Assembly (NCBI GenBank): GCA_016188425.1
Contig: JACPHX010000002.1
Location: forward strand, 2,373-66,372
Length of the DNA stretch: 64,000 nt
Direction of reading: 5' to 3'
Source: Candidatus Uhrbacteria bacterium
GTDB taxonomy: Bacteria > Patescibacteriota > Patescibacteriia > UBA9934 > GWF2-40-263
A program made the translations under genes and the position numbers. The notes beneath the pieces are model-generated. The model was not told the DNA's origin and made no database searches. It worked only from the letters and a program-made list of their open reading frames with translations. Position 1 is the first letter of the stretch, and every line of letters begins with the position of its first letter. Positions 54,409 to 62,832 of this stretch are shown in pieces.

Positions 54409-54437
54409 TTGACACGCCCCTTCACGTTTCCTATCAT
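54409..54437 (+). promoter_or_regulatory. Second consensus sigma70-type promoter (TTGACA-17-TATCAT), near-identical to 53780-53808, upstream of tRNA-Glu
   Basis: CCATTGACACGCCCC is shared by both promoters. Confidence 0.55.
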
Positions 54438-54445
54438 ACCCGCAC

Positions 54446-54522
54446 CAAAAGGTTCCGAATGCCCCACCCTTCCCGCCTTTCCAGCCCTCCCAGCCCTTCT
54501 TGCCCTCCCGGCCCTCCCCCAC
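54446..54522. repeat. C-rich element, copy B
   Basis: TTCCAGCCCTCCCAGCCCTTCTTGCCCTCC, related to 19470-19550. Confidence 0.5.
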
Positions 54523-54594
54523 GGCCCCATCGTCTAATGGTTAGGACGCCTCCCTTTCACGGAGGAAATCGGGGTTCGACTCCCCGTAGGGTCA
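54523..54594 (+). tRNA. tRNA-Glu (anticodon TTC)
   Basis: GGCCCCA-TC-GTCT-AATGGTTA-GGAC-G-CCTCC-CTTTCAC-GGAGG-AAAT-CGGGG-TTCGACT-CCCCG-TAGGGTC-A. One C-A mismatch in the acceptor stem. Confidence 0.6.
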
Positions 54595-54802
54595 CGCCAG
54601 CCAGACGGACTAAATCCGTTTGCAAGCACCAACAAAAACCACTCTTGAAAGAGAGCGGTTTTTGTTTCAAGAAATATCAACATCCTTGCGGTTCCAATCT
54701 GTGCGCAATGTTTGCGCGATTGTTGCGCGATTCGAATTTTCGGTCTCACTGTTTGACGAAGAAGCAAAGTAATTATATGATAATTTCATACTAAAATTTC
54801 AT

Positions 54803-55024
54803 ATGTCTACCATTTCCGTGCCCCTCACCCCTCCGCTCGAACAGTTCATTAACTCCATGATTAAAACGGGGCGTGCTTCAAATAAGGCCGAGGTTGTTCG
54901 TCGCGCGCTTGTGAAGATGGCAGAAGATGAGGCCGTCGAAGCTGTCATGCGGTCCATGCGCGAAGTAAAGGCAGGAAAAATTCTTCGAGGAAATTTGGAC
55001 GAATTAGCAAAGAACATCTCCTAG
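54803..55024 (+). CDS. Ribbon-helix-helix-type antitoxin (ParD/CopG-like)
   Basis: 73 aa, located 5 nt upstream of a RelE/ParE toxin gene, in an AT-rich patch next to tRNA-Glu. Confidence 0.55.
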   Translation: MSTISVPLTPPLEQFINSMIKTGRASNKAEVVRRALVKMAEDEAVEAVMRSMREVKAGKILRGNLDELAKNIS

Positions 55025-55029
55025 GGGAT

Positions 55030-55296
55030 ATGGAGGTTTCTTACGCCCCATCCTTCATCCGGCAGTATAAAAATCTTCCAGCTTTGCTTAAACAAGAAGT
55101 GAAAGAAAAAGTGAGCTTATTTGCCGATATTCGAAATCATCAGGCGTTAAGAGTTCATAAATTAAAGGGCAGCTTGAAGGAACAGTATGGTTTAAATGTG
55201 AATTATGAGATACGAATCGTTTTTTGGTATATGAAGACAAAACCAAAGGAAGCGGTACTTCTCGCGATCGGGGATCATGAGGTGTATAAAAAGTGA
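55030..55296 (+). CDS. RelE/ParE-family type II toxin
   Basis: 88 aa. ...LKQEVKEKVSLF...HKLKGSLKEQYGLNVNYEIRIVFWY...LLAIGDHEVYKK matches the RelE/ParE profile. Confidence 0.7.
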   Translation: MEVSYAPSFIRQYKNLPALLKQEVKEKVSLFADIRNHQALRVHKLKGSLKEQYGLNVNYEIRIVFWYMKTKPKEAVLLAIGDHEVYKK

Positions 55297-55460
55297 CAAT
55301 CGGTTCCCCGCAAAAATCACCTTCAATCGAGCGTGTCCCAAAAAAGGATTACCGCTGACGTAGGTCAATAACACCACCAATGAGAGGTGGTGTTATACAT
55401 CAAAAAAAACCCGCTGCTCTCGCAACGAGTCACGTTTGCCTCCCACCAAAACCCTTTCCT

Positions 55461-56648
55461 TTACGACAATCGCCCTTTGAAATCCGCGTACCCAAACCGG
55501 CGTACGAGGCGGAACTCTGCCGGATCCGGCCACCAGGTCGCCAACGAAGGCAGACGGACGCCGTTGAAAGTCGTCGTCTTGACCGTCGTGTAATGGGACA
55601 TGTCCAGAAAGACAATCTTGTCGCCGACGTTCAACGGTTTGTTAAACGAATACCCTCGGTCACCCCGGGCGCCGATCATGTCCCCCGCCAAGCAAGTGAG
55701 ACCGCCTAAACGATACGAAAACGGCAACTCACCCGGTTTGCGCGCCCCGTACACTTCCGGCCGATAGGGCATCTCCAGCGTATCGGGCATATGCGCGGTC
55801 GCGGACGTGTCCAGCATCGCGATGAGGCCGTCGTTCTCCACGATGTCCAGCACCGTGGAGACGAGAACGCCTGTGCCGATGGCAACCGCTTCTCCTGGCT
55901 CCAAGATAACCTCGAGCCCCGTCCGCTTCTTGAAATCCAGGATCGTCTGCACGAGAAGCCTGCGGTTGTACCCCGGCTTGGTGATATGGTGCCCGCCGCC
56001 CATATTGATCCAAATGAGGCGCGGGAACCAACGGCCGAACTTCTCCTCTACCGCCGCGAGCGTGCGCACGAGCGGCTCGGCCCCCTGCTCGCACAAAGTA
56101 TGGAAATGCAGCCCGCTGACCTCCCCAAGCTCCTCCTCTTTGAACTGGGCGAGCGTCACCCCCAATCTCGAACCGCGGGCGCAGGGATTGTACAAATCCA
56201 CCTCCGCTTCCGAATGCTCGGGATTGATCCGGATACCGATCCGTTTTTGAGATGCTGTCATCATCGTCCGAAACTCCCGCCACTGCGAGAACGAATTGAA
56301 CGTAATATGGTCGCACATTTCCACCATCTCCCGCATGTCCTTTTGGGAGTAGGCGGGGGCATAAGCATGCACCTCCTTCCCCATCATCTCGTAGGCAAGC
56401 CGTGCCTCGTCCGGGGAACTCACGGCCGCCCCCGACAGGTATTGGGCCATGAGCGGAAACGTGTCCCACATGGCAAAGGCCTTGAGCGCCACCAGCACCT
56501 TGCAGCCCGCCTGCGCCTGGACCTTTTCCAGGATGCCCAGGTTCTCCTGCAGCACCTCCAAGTTCACCACCGTGCACGGGCTCTCCTCGCGCAGGTACGG
56601 AACCATCTTCTCAACCCACGAAAACTGTTTCTCCAAGGATGTCTCCAT
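55461..56648 (-). CDS. nspC: Carboxynorspermidine/carboxyspermidine decarboxylase
   Basis: Close match to NspC motifs: FHTLCEQ...INMGGGHHITKPGY...ILEPGEAVA...LDTSATAHMPDTLEMPYRP. Start re-placed at METSLEKQ. Confidence 0.85.
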   Translation of the reverse strand: METSLEKQFSWVEKMVPYLREESPCTVVNLEVLQENLGILEKVQAQAGCKVLVALKAFAMWDTFPLMAQYLSGAAVSSPDEARLAYEMMGKEVHAYAPAYSQKDMREMVEMCDHITFNSFSQWREFRTMMTASQKRIGIRINPEHSEAEVDLYNPCARGSRLGVTLAQFKEEELGEVSGLHFHTLCEQGAEPLVRTLAAVEEKFGRWFPRLIWINMGGGHHITKPGYNRRLLVQTILDFKKRTGLEVILEPGEAVAIGTGVLVSTVLDIVENDGLIAMLDTSATAHMPDTLEMPYRPEVYGARKPGELPFSYRLGGLTCLAGDMIGARGDRGYSFNKPLNVGDKIVFLDMSHYTTVKTTTFNGVRLPSLATWWPDPAEFRLVRRFGYADFKGRLS

Positions 56649-56788
56649 TGTGTCCTCCTTTTGGGATGTCGGGAGCATAACATAAACAATCCTCCCCGCG
56701 TCCAGATCCGTACCCACCCCCACGACCCCCTTAACACCCCTACCCCCTCCCAGACACCCTCTCTTTTTTTTGCTACACTGTACTCGAT

Positions 56789-57850
56789 ATGCCAGGAGGA
56801 ATTCTCGCCCCCACAAACAAAAACCATGTTGTGCGCTGGTTCTTTTTACTCGTCAGTACGGGATTGCTTTTTCTGTTCTGGAAAATGCTGGAACCCTTTG
56901 CGTTCGTCCTGATCACGGCCGGGATTACGGCCATCGTCGTGTCCCCGTTGGACGACCATCTCTCCCATTACTTCCATCACGACAAAATCCGCGCGTTCCT
57001 GCTCTCCTGTCTGGTATTTCTTGTGCTGGTCCTGCCACTATTCCTTACGGCCGTGCTCATCATTTTCCAAGCGAGAGACGTCCTCACCCTCTTGCAAGGC
57101 GCAGACCTCGGCTCCCTCATCCGACCGGAAAAACTACCGTTCGGCTCCCTGGTGGCTCCGTGGCTCTTGGATCTCCTCTCCACATTCCAGTTTAAAATGG
57201 TGACAGAAAAAATCGCCCAATACGCGTTCGCCAACATAGGGGAACTGTTTTCAAGCACCGCGCAGCTCATCTTGAATACGTTCATCTATTTCCTTAGCGT
57301 CTATTACTTCCTGTCTGCCCGCAAACGGATCAAGCAAGAAATGCTCGACCTTTCTCCTCTCAAAGATTCCCTGGACAAGGCGATCATAGATCGAATTTCC
57401 ACCACGATTCGCGCAGTGGTGTTCGGGGCTCTTATCATCTCCATCATCCGCGGCGTCCTGGCCGCGATCGGCATGACGATCTTCGGCGTCCCGGGAGCCA
57501 TCATCTGGGGCGCCATAACCGTCGTCGCCGCCCAAGTGCCGATCGTGGGGGTGGGGGTCGTCTTGGTCCCAGCGACCCTTTTCCTTTTTGCCAGCGGGGA
57601 ATCCGCCGCCGCCTTCGGGTTGCTTGCCTGGTCGACGGTTATCGTGGGGCTCGCGGACAATATTCTGGGGCCGATCATCATGAAAAACCGCACGAACGCG
57701 AACATGCACAGCTTGCTTATCTTGCTCTCTATCTTGGGAGGCATCCAGCTCTTCGGTTCCATCGGAATCATCATGGGGCCGACGGTGCTCGCCGCTATCA
57801 TGATTGTCTTGGAGCTCTACAAACACGGCCTACTGAACAAACCGTCCTAG
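56789..57850 (+). CDS. AI-2E family transporter (PerM/YhhT, UPF0118)
   Basis: 8-TM topology and family-typical loops. 353 aa. Confidence 0.75.
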   Translation: MPGGILAPTNKNHVVRWFFLLVSTGLLFLFWKMLEPFAFVLITAGITAIVVSPLDDHLSHYFHHDKIRAFLLSCLVFLVLVLPLFLTAVLIIFQARDVLTLLQGADLGSLIRPEKLPFGSLVAPWLLDLLSTFQFKMVTEKIAQYAFANIGELFSSTAQLILNTFIYFLSVYYFLSARKRIKQEMLDLSPLKDSLDKAIIDRISTTIRAVVFGALIISIIRGVLAAIGMTIFGVPGAIIWGAITVVAAQVPIVGVGVVLVPATLFLFASGESAAAFGLLAWSTVIVGLADNILGPIIMKNRTNANMHSLLILLSILGGIQLFGSIGIIMGPTVLAAIMIVLELYKHGLLNKPS

Positions 57851-57867
57851 ACCATTTTCACCACCCT

Positions 57868-58560
57868 ATGCTCACCTTTGCCAGCACGTTTCTCCTGCTC
57901 ATCTGGATCGGCTTGTACGTGTTCTCCTCACAAACCAGACGAGAACAAATCATCATGAGCATTGTTGGACTCATTCTGACGCCAGGGGCTTTCGTGCTCA
58001 TTCTCTCCAATACAAATGGCAATGCTTCCATTGAACTTTCCGCGACCGTAGAACCGTTCCTTTTCGCTATTTGCCTCTTTGGCATTGCCGCGGTCGGCTA
58101 CCAGGCCACGCTCTCTCCATATCTGACGGAAAAAAAACCATCCAAAGCCCGCAAACCGCTGTCGCTCGGGCACTGGCTCGGACACCTCCTCATCATCCTC
58201 TCTGTCTGGATACTCATCGGCATCTTTGGGTACCTTATTCTTCGCGAGCCCCCCATCCAAGCCATGGCTTTGGGCGGAGTCCTTGTCGGCACCTACATCA
58301 TCGCCGACCGCAAAGACCTCCTGTGGAACTCCCTCACGTCCGGATTGCTTATTGCCACACTCGTCTTTGGTGTGGAACAATGGCTGGGAGCGATTCTCCT
58401 TCCCGCCACGGCTCTGGCAGGCCGCACGGGCATTATCCTTGGAGGCATTCCGATTGAGGAACTCGTCTGGGCCGCCGTCGTCGGCTTTGCCGTGGGTCCC
58501 CTCTACGAATATATCCGTCACGAACGCCTTATTTTACGCACGCGGTATGCAAGACCTTGA
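57868..58560 (+). CDS. Hypothetical polytopic membrane protein
   Basis: 230 aa, ~7 TM helices. Confidence 0.45.
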   Translation: MLTFASTFLLLIWIGLYVFSSQTRREQIIMSIVGLILTPGAFVLILSNTNGNASIELSATVEPFLFAICLFGIAAVGYQATLSPYLTEKKPSKARKPLSLGHWLGHLLIILSVWILIGIFGYLILREPPIQAMALGGVLVGTYIIADRKDLLWNSLTSGLLIATLVFGVEQWLGAILLPATALAGRTGIILGGIPIEELVWAAVVGFAVGPLYEYIRHERLILRTRYARP

Positions 58561-58936
58561 GCAAGATTTTTTCTCCTCCCTCTCCCCTTCTTCATCCTCT
58601 TCCGAGGGTCAATTGGCGGTAGATGTCATGGAAACAACGGACGCCGTCATCGTCCGTTCCGCGGTGGCGGGAGTAGAGGCAGACGATTTGGATATCCACG
58701 TTGAGCCAGAAAAACTCACGATCCGCGGACGTCGGGAGGAGTGTTCGCAAGAGGAAGGAACGGTTTCCCATGTAGAAGAGTGTTTTTGGGGGGCCTTTTC
58801 CCGCACCATTTCTCTCCCCTCCCCCGTTGACCCAACCCGTACAGACGCAGAGCTCCAAAACGGCATCCTGACGGTCCGGTTGCAAAAACAATCGGAAGGA
58901 GCCGATATCAGCGTGGAGGACGTGGGCGACCTATGA
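58547..58936 (+). CDS. Small heat-shock protein (Hsp20/alpha-crystallin family)
   Basis: LAVDVMETTDAVIVRSAVAGVEADDLDIHVE...LTIRGRRE...GAFSRTISLP...ELQNGILTVRL ACD motifs. Confidence 0.8.
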   Translation: MQDLEQDFFSSLSPSSSSSEGQLAVDVMETTDAVIVRSAVAGVEADDLDIHVEPEKLTIRGRREECSQEEGTVSHVEECFWGAFSRTISLPSPVDPTRTDAELQNGILTVRLQKQSEGADISVEDVGDL

Positions 58937-60834
58937 CCACCGTGAAGCGCACGGCAAAACAAGTCGCCTACTTTACATTATTGGGGACAGTTTTTTTTGT
59001 TTTCGTCTGCACGGCCGCGGGACTCGCCCTTGTCTTCTGGGCAAAACCCCAAGAAGGCCGTATAGCTCCCGGCACGTGGATCGGTGATGTCTCCGTAGGA
59101 GGACTGACTCCACAGCAAGCGCAAGAACAGGTCGAAAAACAAGCAGACCGTATTTTGACAGAAGGAATGATCCTGGAGGGACTGGGCCAAACCGCCACCT
59201 TGCCTCTTTCGACCTTGGTCGGATCCGACTTGGTCGAAGATGTGGAAATCAACGTCCGCTCTGCTTTGGATAAAGCCCAAGCAAGAGCCAACCACAAAAG
59301 CCCGCTCGTGCGGGCTCTCCTTTTGGCACAAGCGAATTTTTTTGGAGGAAATGCATATATCCCCGTTGAGATAACGCTCCACGAAGATGCCATCTCCGCA
59401 AACATCGCGCGCCTATTCGCGGAGAAAGAAACACCCGTCACAGACGCAGGATTCCTGTTTACAAAACAAGATGGTAATTGGGTGGGAGAAATTACCCCCG
59501 CCTCCGTCGGGACGCAAATCGATCTTCAAAGTGCCTTTACCGATCTGACCCGCTCCCTCACAAACCTCCGCCAGCGCCCGATCACCCTCGTCTTCCGTCA
59601 GACTCCCCCGACCATAAACGAAAGCGAAGCTCGTACCGCTGTACCAACAGCTCTTTCCTATCTCTCCCGCGCCCCCATCACCCTCACCATTCCCGCGGAC
59701 CACCCCGGAACAGACTTCATCCTTGATGACCAAAAAATAGCCCTACTGCTTACCCCAGGTGCCATCCCAGGAAAACCAATTGCCATCGATCAAGATGTCC
59801 TTACGCGCACACTCTCCCCGCTGCGAGATTCACTTGAAAACCCAGCGGTAAATGCCAGCCTTCATTTGGAGGAAGGCCGGGTCACCACGTTTTCTCCCAG
59901 CAAGGAGGGGGTGGTGATCGATTGGCAGACGCTCTCCAACTTACTCCAAGATGCCCTTTCCGGAAGTGAGAAGTCCATAGACATTCCTCTCATAAAAGCG
60001 GAACCAGATGTCACCGTCGGAGAACTGAATGACCTCGGTATCCGTGAACTCTTGGGGGTAGGTACCTCCAGCTATCGCAACAGTCCCACCAACCGCATAC
60101 GGAACATCAAAAACGGAGTACGCCTCTTAAATGGCCTTCTCATCGCTCCGGGAGAAACATTCTCCCTGATAAGCGCCCTCAAGCCGTTCACGCTTGAAAA
60201 TGGCTATTACCCAGAGCTCGTCATCAAAGGAGACAAAATCGAGCCGGAACTCGGGGGGGGGTTATGCCAAATCGGCACCACCACCTTTCGTGCCACCATG
60301 ATGAGCGGGCTTCCCGTCAAAGAACGGCGCAACCATTCGCTGGTGGTTTCCTATTACAACGACCCGCAAAACGGGAATCCGGGCACCGATGCCACCATTT
60401 ACGAACCCGCCCCGGATTTCAAATTTGAAAACAATACCGGCTATCACGTCCTCTTCCAGGCGGAAGTACTCGAAGACGTCCGACAATTGCGGTTCAGCTT
60501 TTGGGGCACCGCAGACGGCCGAATCGGCAGCTATTCACCGCCCGTGGTGCACCGATGGATTCCCGTCGGCGAACCGGTAAACACCGAAACGACCGACCTC
60601 AAGCCGGGAGAGCAAAAATGCCAGGAAGCGCATGTCGGAGCCGACGCTTCCTTCACCTACACGATCACGAATCCAGACGGTTCAACCACAGACGAACTCT
60701 TCACCTCTCACTACCGCCCGCTTCCAAAAATCTGTCTTGTGGGCGCAACCGAACCCGCCCCTTCGGATCCGAATCTGCCTCCCGCTGATCCTCTCCAAAC
60801 CCCCGCCGGCGAAACGCCTCTCACCGACGGCTAA
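58933..60834 (+). CDS. YoaR-like membrane-anchored protein with a VanW domain
   Basis: N-terminal TM, then a VanW signature ELGGGLCQIGTTTFRATMMSG. 633 aa. Confidence 0.7.
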   Translation: MTTVKRTAKQVAYFTLLGTVFFVFVCTAAGLALVFWAKPQEGRIAPGTWIGDVSVGGLTPQQAQEQVEKQADRILTEGMILEGLGQTATLPLSTLVGSDLVEDVEINVRSALDKAQARANHKSPLVRALLLAQANFFGGNAYIPVEITLHEDAISANIARLFAEKETPVTDAGFLFTKQDGNWVGEITPASVGTQIDLQSAFTDLTRSLTNLRQRPITLVFRQTPPTINESEARTAVPTALSYLSRAPITLTIPADHPGTDFILDDQKIALLLTPGAIPGKPIAIDQDVLTRTLSPLRDSLENPAVNASLHLEEGRVTTFSPSKEGVVIDWQTLSNLLQDALSGSEKSIDIPLIKAEPDVTVGELNDLGIRELLGVGTSSYRNSPTNRIRNIKNGVRLLNGLLIAPGETFSLISALKPFTLENGYYPELVIKGDKIEPELGGGLCQIGTTTFRATMMSGLPVKERRNHSLVVSYYNDPQNGNPGTDATIYEPAPDFKFENNTGYHVLFQAEVLEDVRQLRFSFWGTADGRIGSYSPPVVHRWIPVGEPVNTETTDLKPGEQKCQEAHVGADASFTYTITNPDGSTTDELFTSHYRPLPKICLVGATEPAPSDPNLPPADPLQTPAGETPLTDG

Positions 60835-60939
60835 TGTTATCCACAAAAATCTCTTCCCAGAAAAAAAGGATGGGCGTACCATCTTTTCACGAGCGCAAAA
60901 AACAAAACGCTCCGCCAGAATGACGGAGCGCCCTGTCAG

Positions 60940-61090
60940 AGAAGAAACTTTTCTTCTCACCTCTAGATGGACAGAAGCCTGCAGACAAGAAATTTTGTCC
61001 GTGGAAAGGTCGAGGCGAACCCCGAGCTTCCGCGAGAGCAAAATCCCATGCTTGTCGTGTCTGCAGGCTTCTATCTACCTTCAGACAACC
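60940..61090. other. 15-bp perfect inverted repeat (AGAAGCCTGCAGACA / TGTCTGCAGGCTTCT) enclosing ~75 nt. Possible structured RNA
   Basis: Seen directly in the intergenic region between the VanW gene and clpP. Confidence 0.35.
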
Positions 61091-61186
61091 AATGATACCA
61101 GGTGGGTTATTTTTTGTCAAGCGGACGAACACAAAAAGCTTTTCAATCAATTACGGCGAAAATTCCGCAAAAATATCAAAGAAAAA

Positions 61187-61203
61187 AGAGGCGTTACGCC
61201 TCT
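61187..61203. terminator. Bidirectional terminator overlapping the clpP stop codon
   Basis: AAAAAAGAGGCGTTACGCCTCTTTTTTA. Confidence 0.6.
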
Positions 61204-61814
61204 TTTTTAATCACCGCATCGATGAGCCCGTACGCTTTCGCGTCTTCCGGATCCATAAAATTGTCGCGTTCCGTATCTTGTTCCACCTTCGCCTTCTTCT
61301 GCCCCGTATGCGAAGAGAGGATTAAATTCAGCTTGTCTTTGATCTTGAGGATGCGCTCCGCATGGATCTTGATGTCCGTTGCTTGGCCTTGCACGCCGCC
61401 CAATACCTGATGAATCATGATTTCTGCGTTCGGGAGGGCAAAACGCTTCCCTGCGGCTCCTGCGGCCAAGAGGACGGCGCCCATGGACGCAGCCAAACCG
61501 ACACAAGTCGTGGAAACATCCGGTTTCACGTATTGCATCGCGTCATAGATAGCGAGGCCGGCGGTGACGGATCCGCCCGGGGAGTTGATGTAGAGCTTGA
61601 TGTCCTTGGTTTTATCCTGCGTTTCCAAAAAAAGCATCTGCGCGATCACGAGATTCGCGACCGTGTCGTTGATTTCGGTTCCCAGAAAGATGATACGATC
61701 CTTAAGGAGACGGGAATAGATATCGTAGGCGCGCTCGCCCATGTGGGTCTTTTCGATGACGGTCGGGACGAGGATCTGGTTAGAAATCTGTTCATGAGAC
61801 ATAGAGGTGTTCAA
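61194..61814 (-). CDS. clpP: ATP-dependent Clp protease proteolytic subunit
   Basis: Catalytic-Ser region [14 protein letters not shown] and the His/Asp region; 206 aa. Confidence 0.9.
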   Translation of the reverse strand: MNTSMSHEQISNQILVPTVIEKTHMGERAYDIYSRLLKDRIIFLGTEINDTVANLVIAQMLFLETQDKTKDIKLYINSPGGSVTAGLAIYDAMQYVKPDVSTTCVGLAASMGAVLLAAGAAGKRFALPNAEIMIHQVLGGVQGQATDIKIHAERILKIKDKLNLILSSHTGQKKAKVEQDTERDNFMDPEDAKAYGLIDAVIKKEA

Positions 61815-62773
61815 AAACGTTCAATGCGATGCGAACCATCGGGGAGCTGATGAATTTTAGCCTTTTCTACGGTAAACCCGGCGGCGCGCGTATGCCCTCC
61901 CCCGCCAAAGGCGCGGGCAATCAGGGACACGTCCCGATGAGAGCTGCGCATGCTGCACGAAACCCCGCCCGCTTGGTTCTCCCGTAACACGAGCAGCGTA
62001 TCAATGTTCAAGACGAATTTCAAGAAATTGGAAAGGCCTCCGACTTCTTCCTCGTCCACGTCCGCCAGAGCCAGGTCGGCTCGCGTAATGAACGTGGAGA
62101 TGAACCCGAACGGTTTGTGCTCATGAAGCCGGTCAAACGCCAATCCCCACAATCGAAGCGAGGCAACGCTGTGGCTTTTCGTCAGCGCCTGTTGGATTAC
62201 GGGGAGACGCCCGCCCAAACGAACCAAATCCGCGATCATACGGAATGATGCTTCGTTTGTATTGCTATTGCGAAGCAAACTCGTATCGAAACCAATCCCT
62301 GCAAGAAGGCAGAGGGCAGCGGGTGGCGAAATCTTCTGTCGAACATAATTCAAAAGCCGGTACAGCAACTCTGCCGTGGCAGGTGCCTTTTCATCAACAA
62401 GGTTCAGATCGCCATAGCGGGAGTTCGTCGCATGGTGGTCGACGTTGATGAGAAGGACTCCTGGAGGAAAACTGGGGCGCAGGGACTCGATATATGGCGC
62501 GTCGGAGCAATCAAAGGAAATGATGAGGTCTGGGTTCAATGCTTTTGCCTTGGATACATCTTGTGTGCAGAGGGAGAGATGGGGCAGGAATTGGTAGAGT
62601 GGAGGGACAAGTTCAGAGACAAGGACGACCACCTGTTTCCCCTCCTGGATCAGGATATCCGCCAAAGCCAAGGATGACCCCAAACTATCCCCATCCACCC
62701 GTTTATCAGGAACAATAAGAATCCGGCTCGCCGCCATGATCTTCCCCCATGCTTCTGTGAACAAAAGTTCCAT
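61811..62773 (-). CDS. nrnA: DHH-family phosphoesterase (NrnA-like bifunctional oligoribonuclease / pAp phosphatase)
   Basis: DHH motifs ([11 protein letters not shown]) and a DHHA1 GGGGH motif. Confidence 0.8.
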   Translation of the reverse strand: MELLFTEAWGKIMAASRILIVPDKRVDGDSLGSSLALADILIQEGKQVVVLVSELVPPLYQFLPHLSLCTQDVSKAKALNPDLIISFDCSDAPYIESLRPSFPPGVLLINVDHHATNSRYGDLNLVDEKAPATAELLYRLLNYVRQKISPPAALCLLAGIGFDTSLLRNSNTNEASFRMIADLVRLGGRLPVIQQALTKSHSVASLRLWGLAFDRLHEHKPFGFISTFITRADLALADVDEEEVGGLSNFLKFVLNIDTLLVLRENQAGGVSCSMRSSHRDVSLIARAFGGGGHTRAAGFTVEKAKIHQLPDGSHRIERF

Positions 62774-62832
62774 AAGGGGAGGATGCTACGGGATATTGGG
62801 GAGGCGGTCAACCCTGCTATACTACCCAACGT

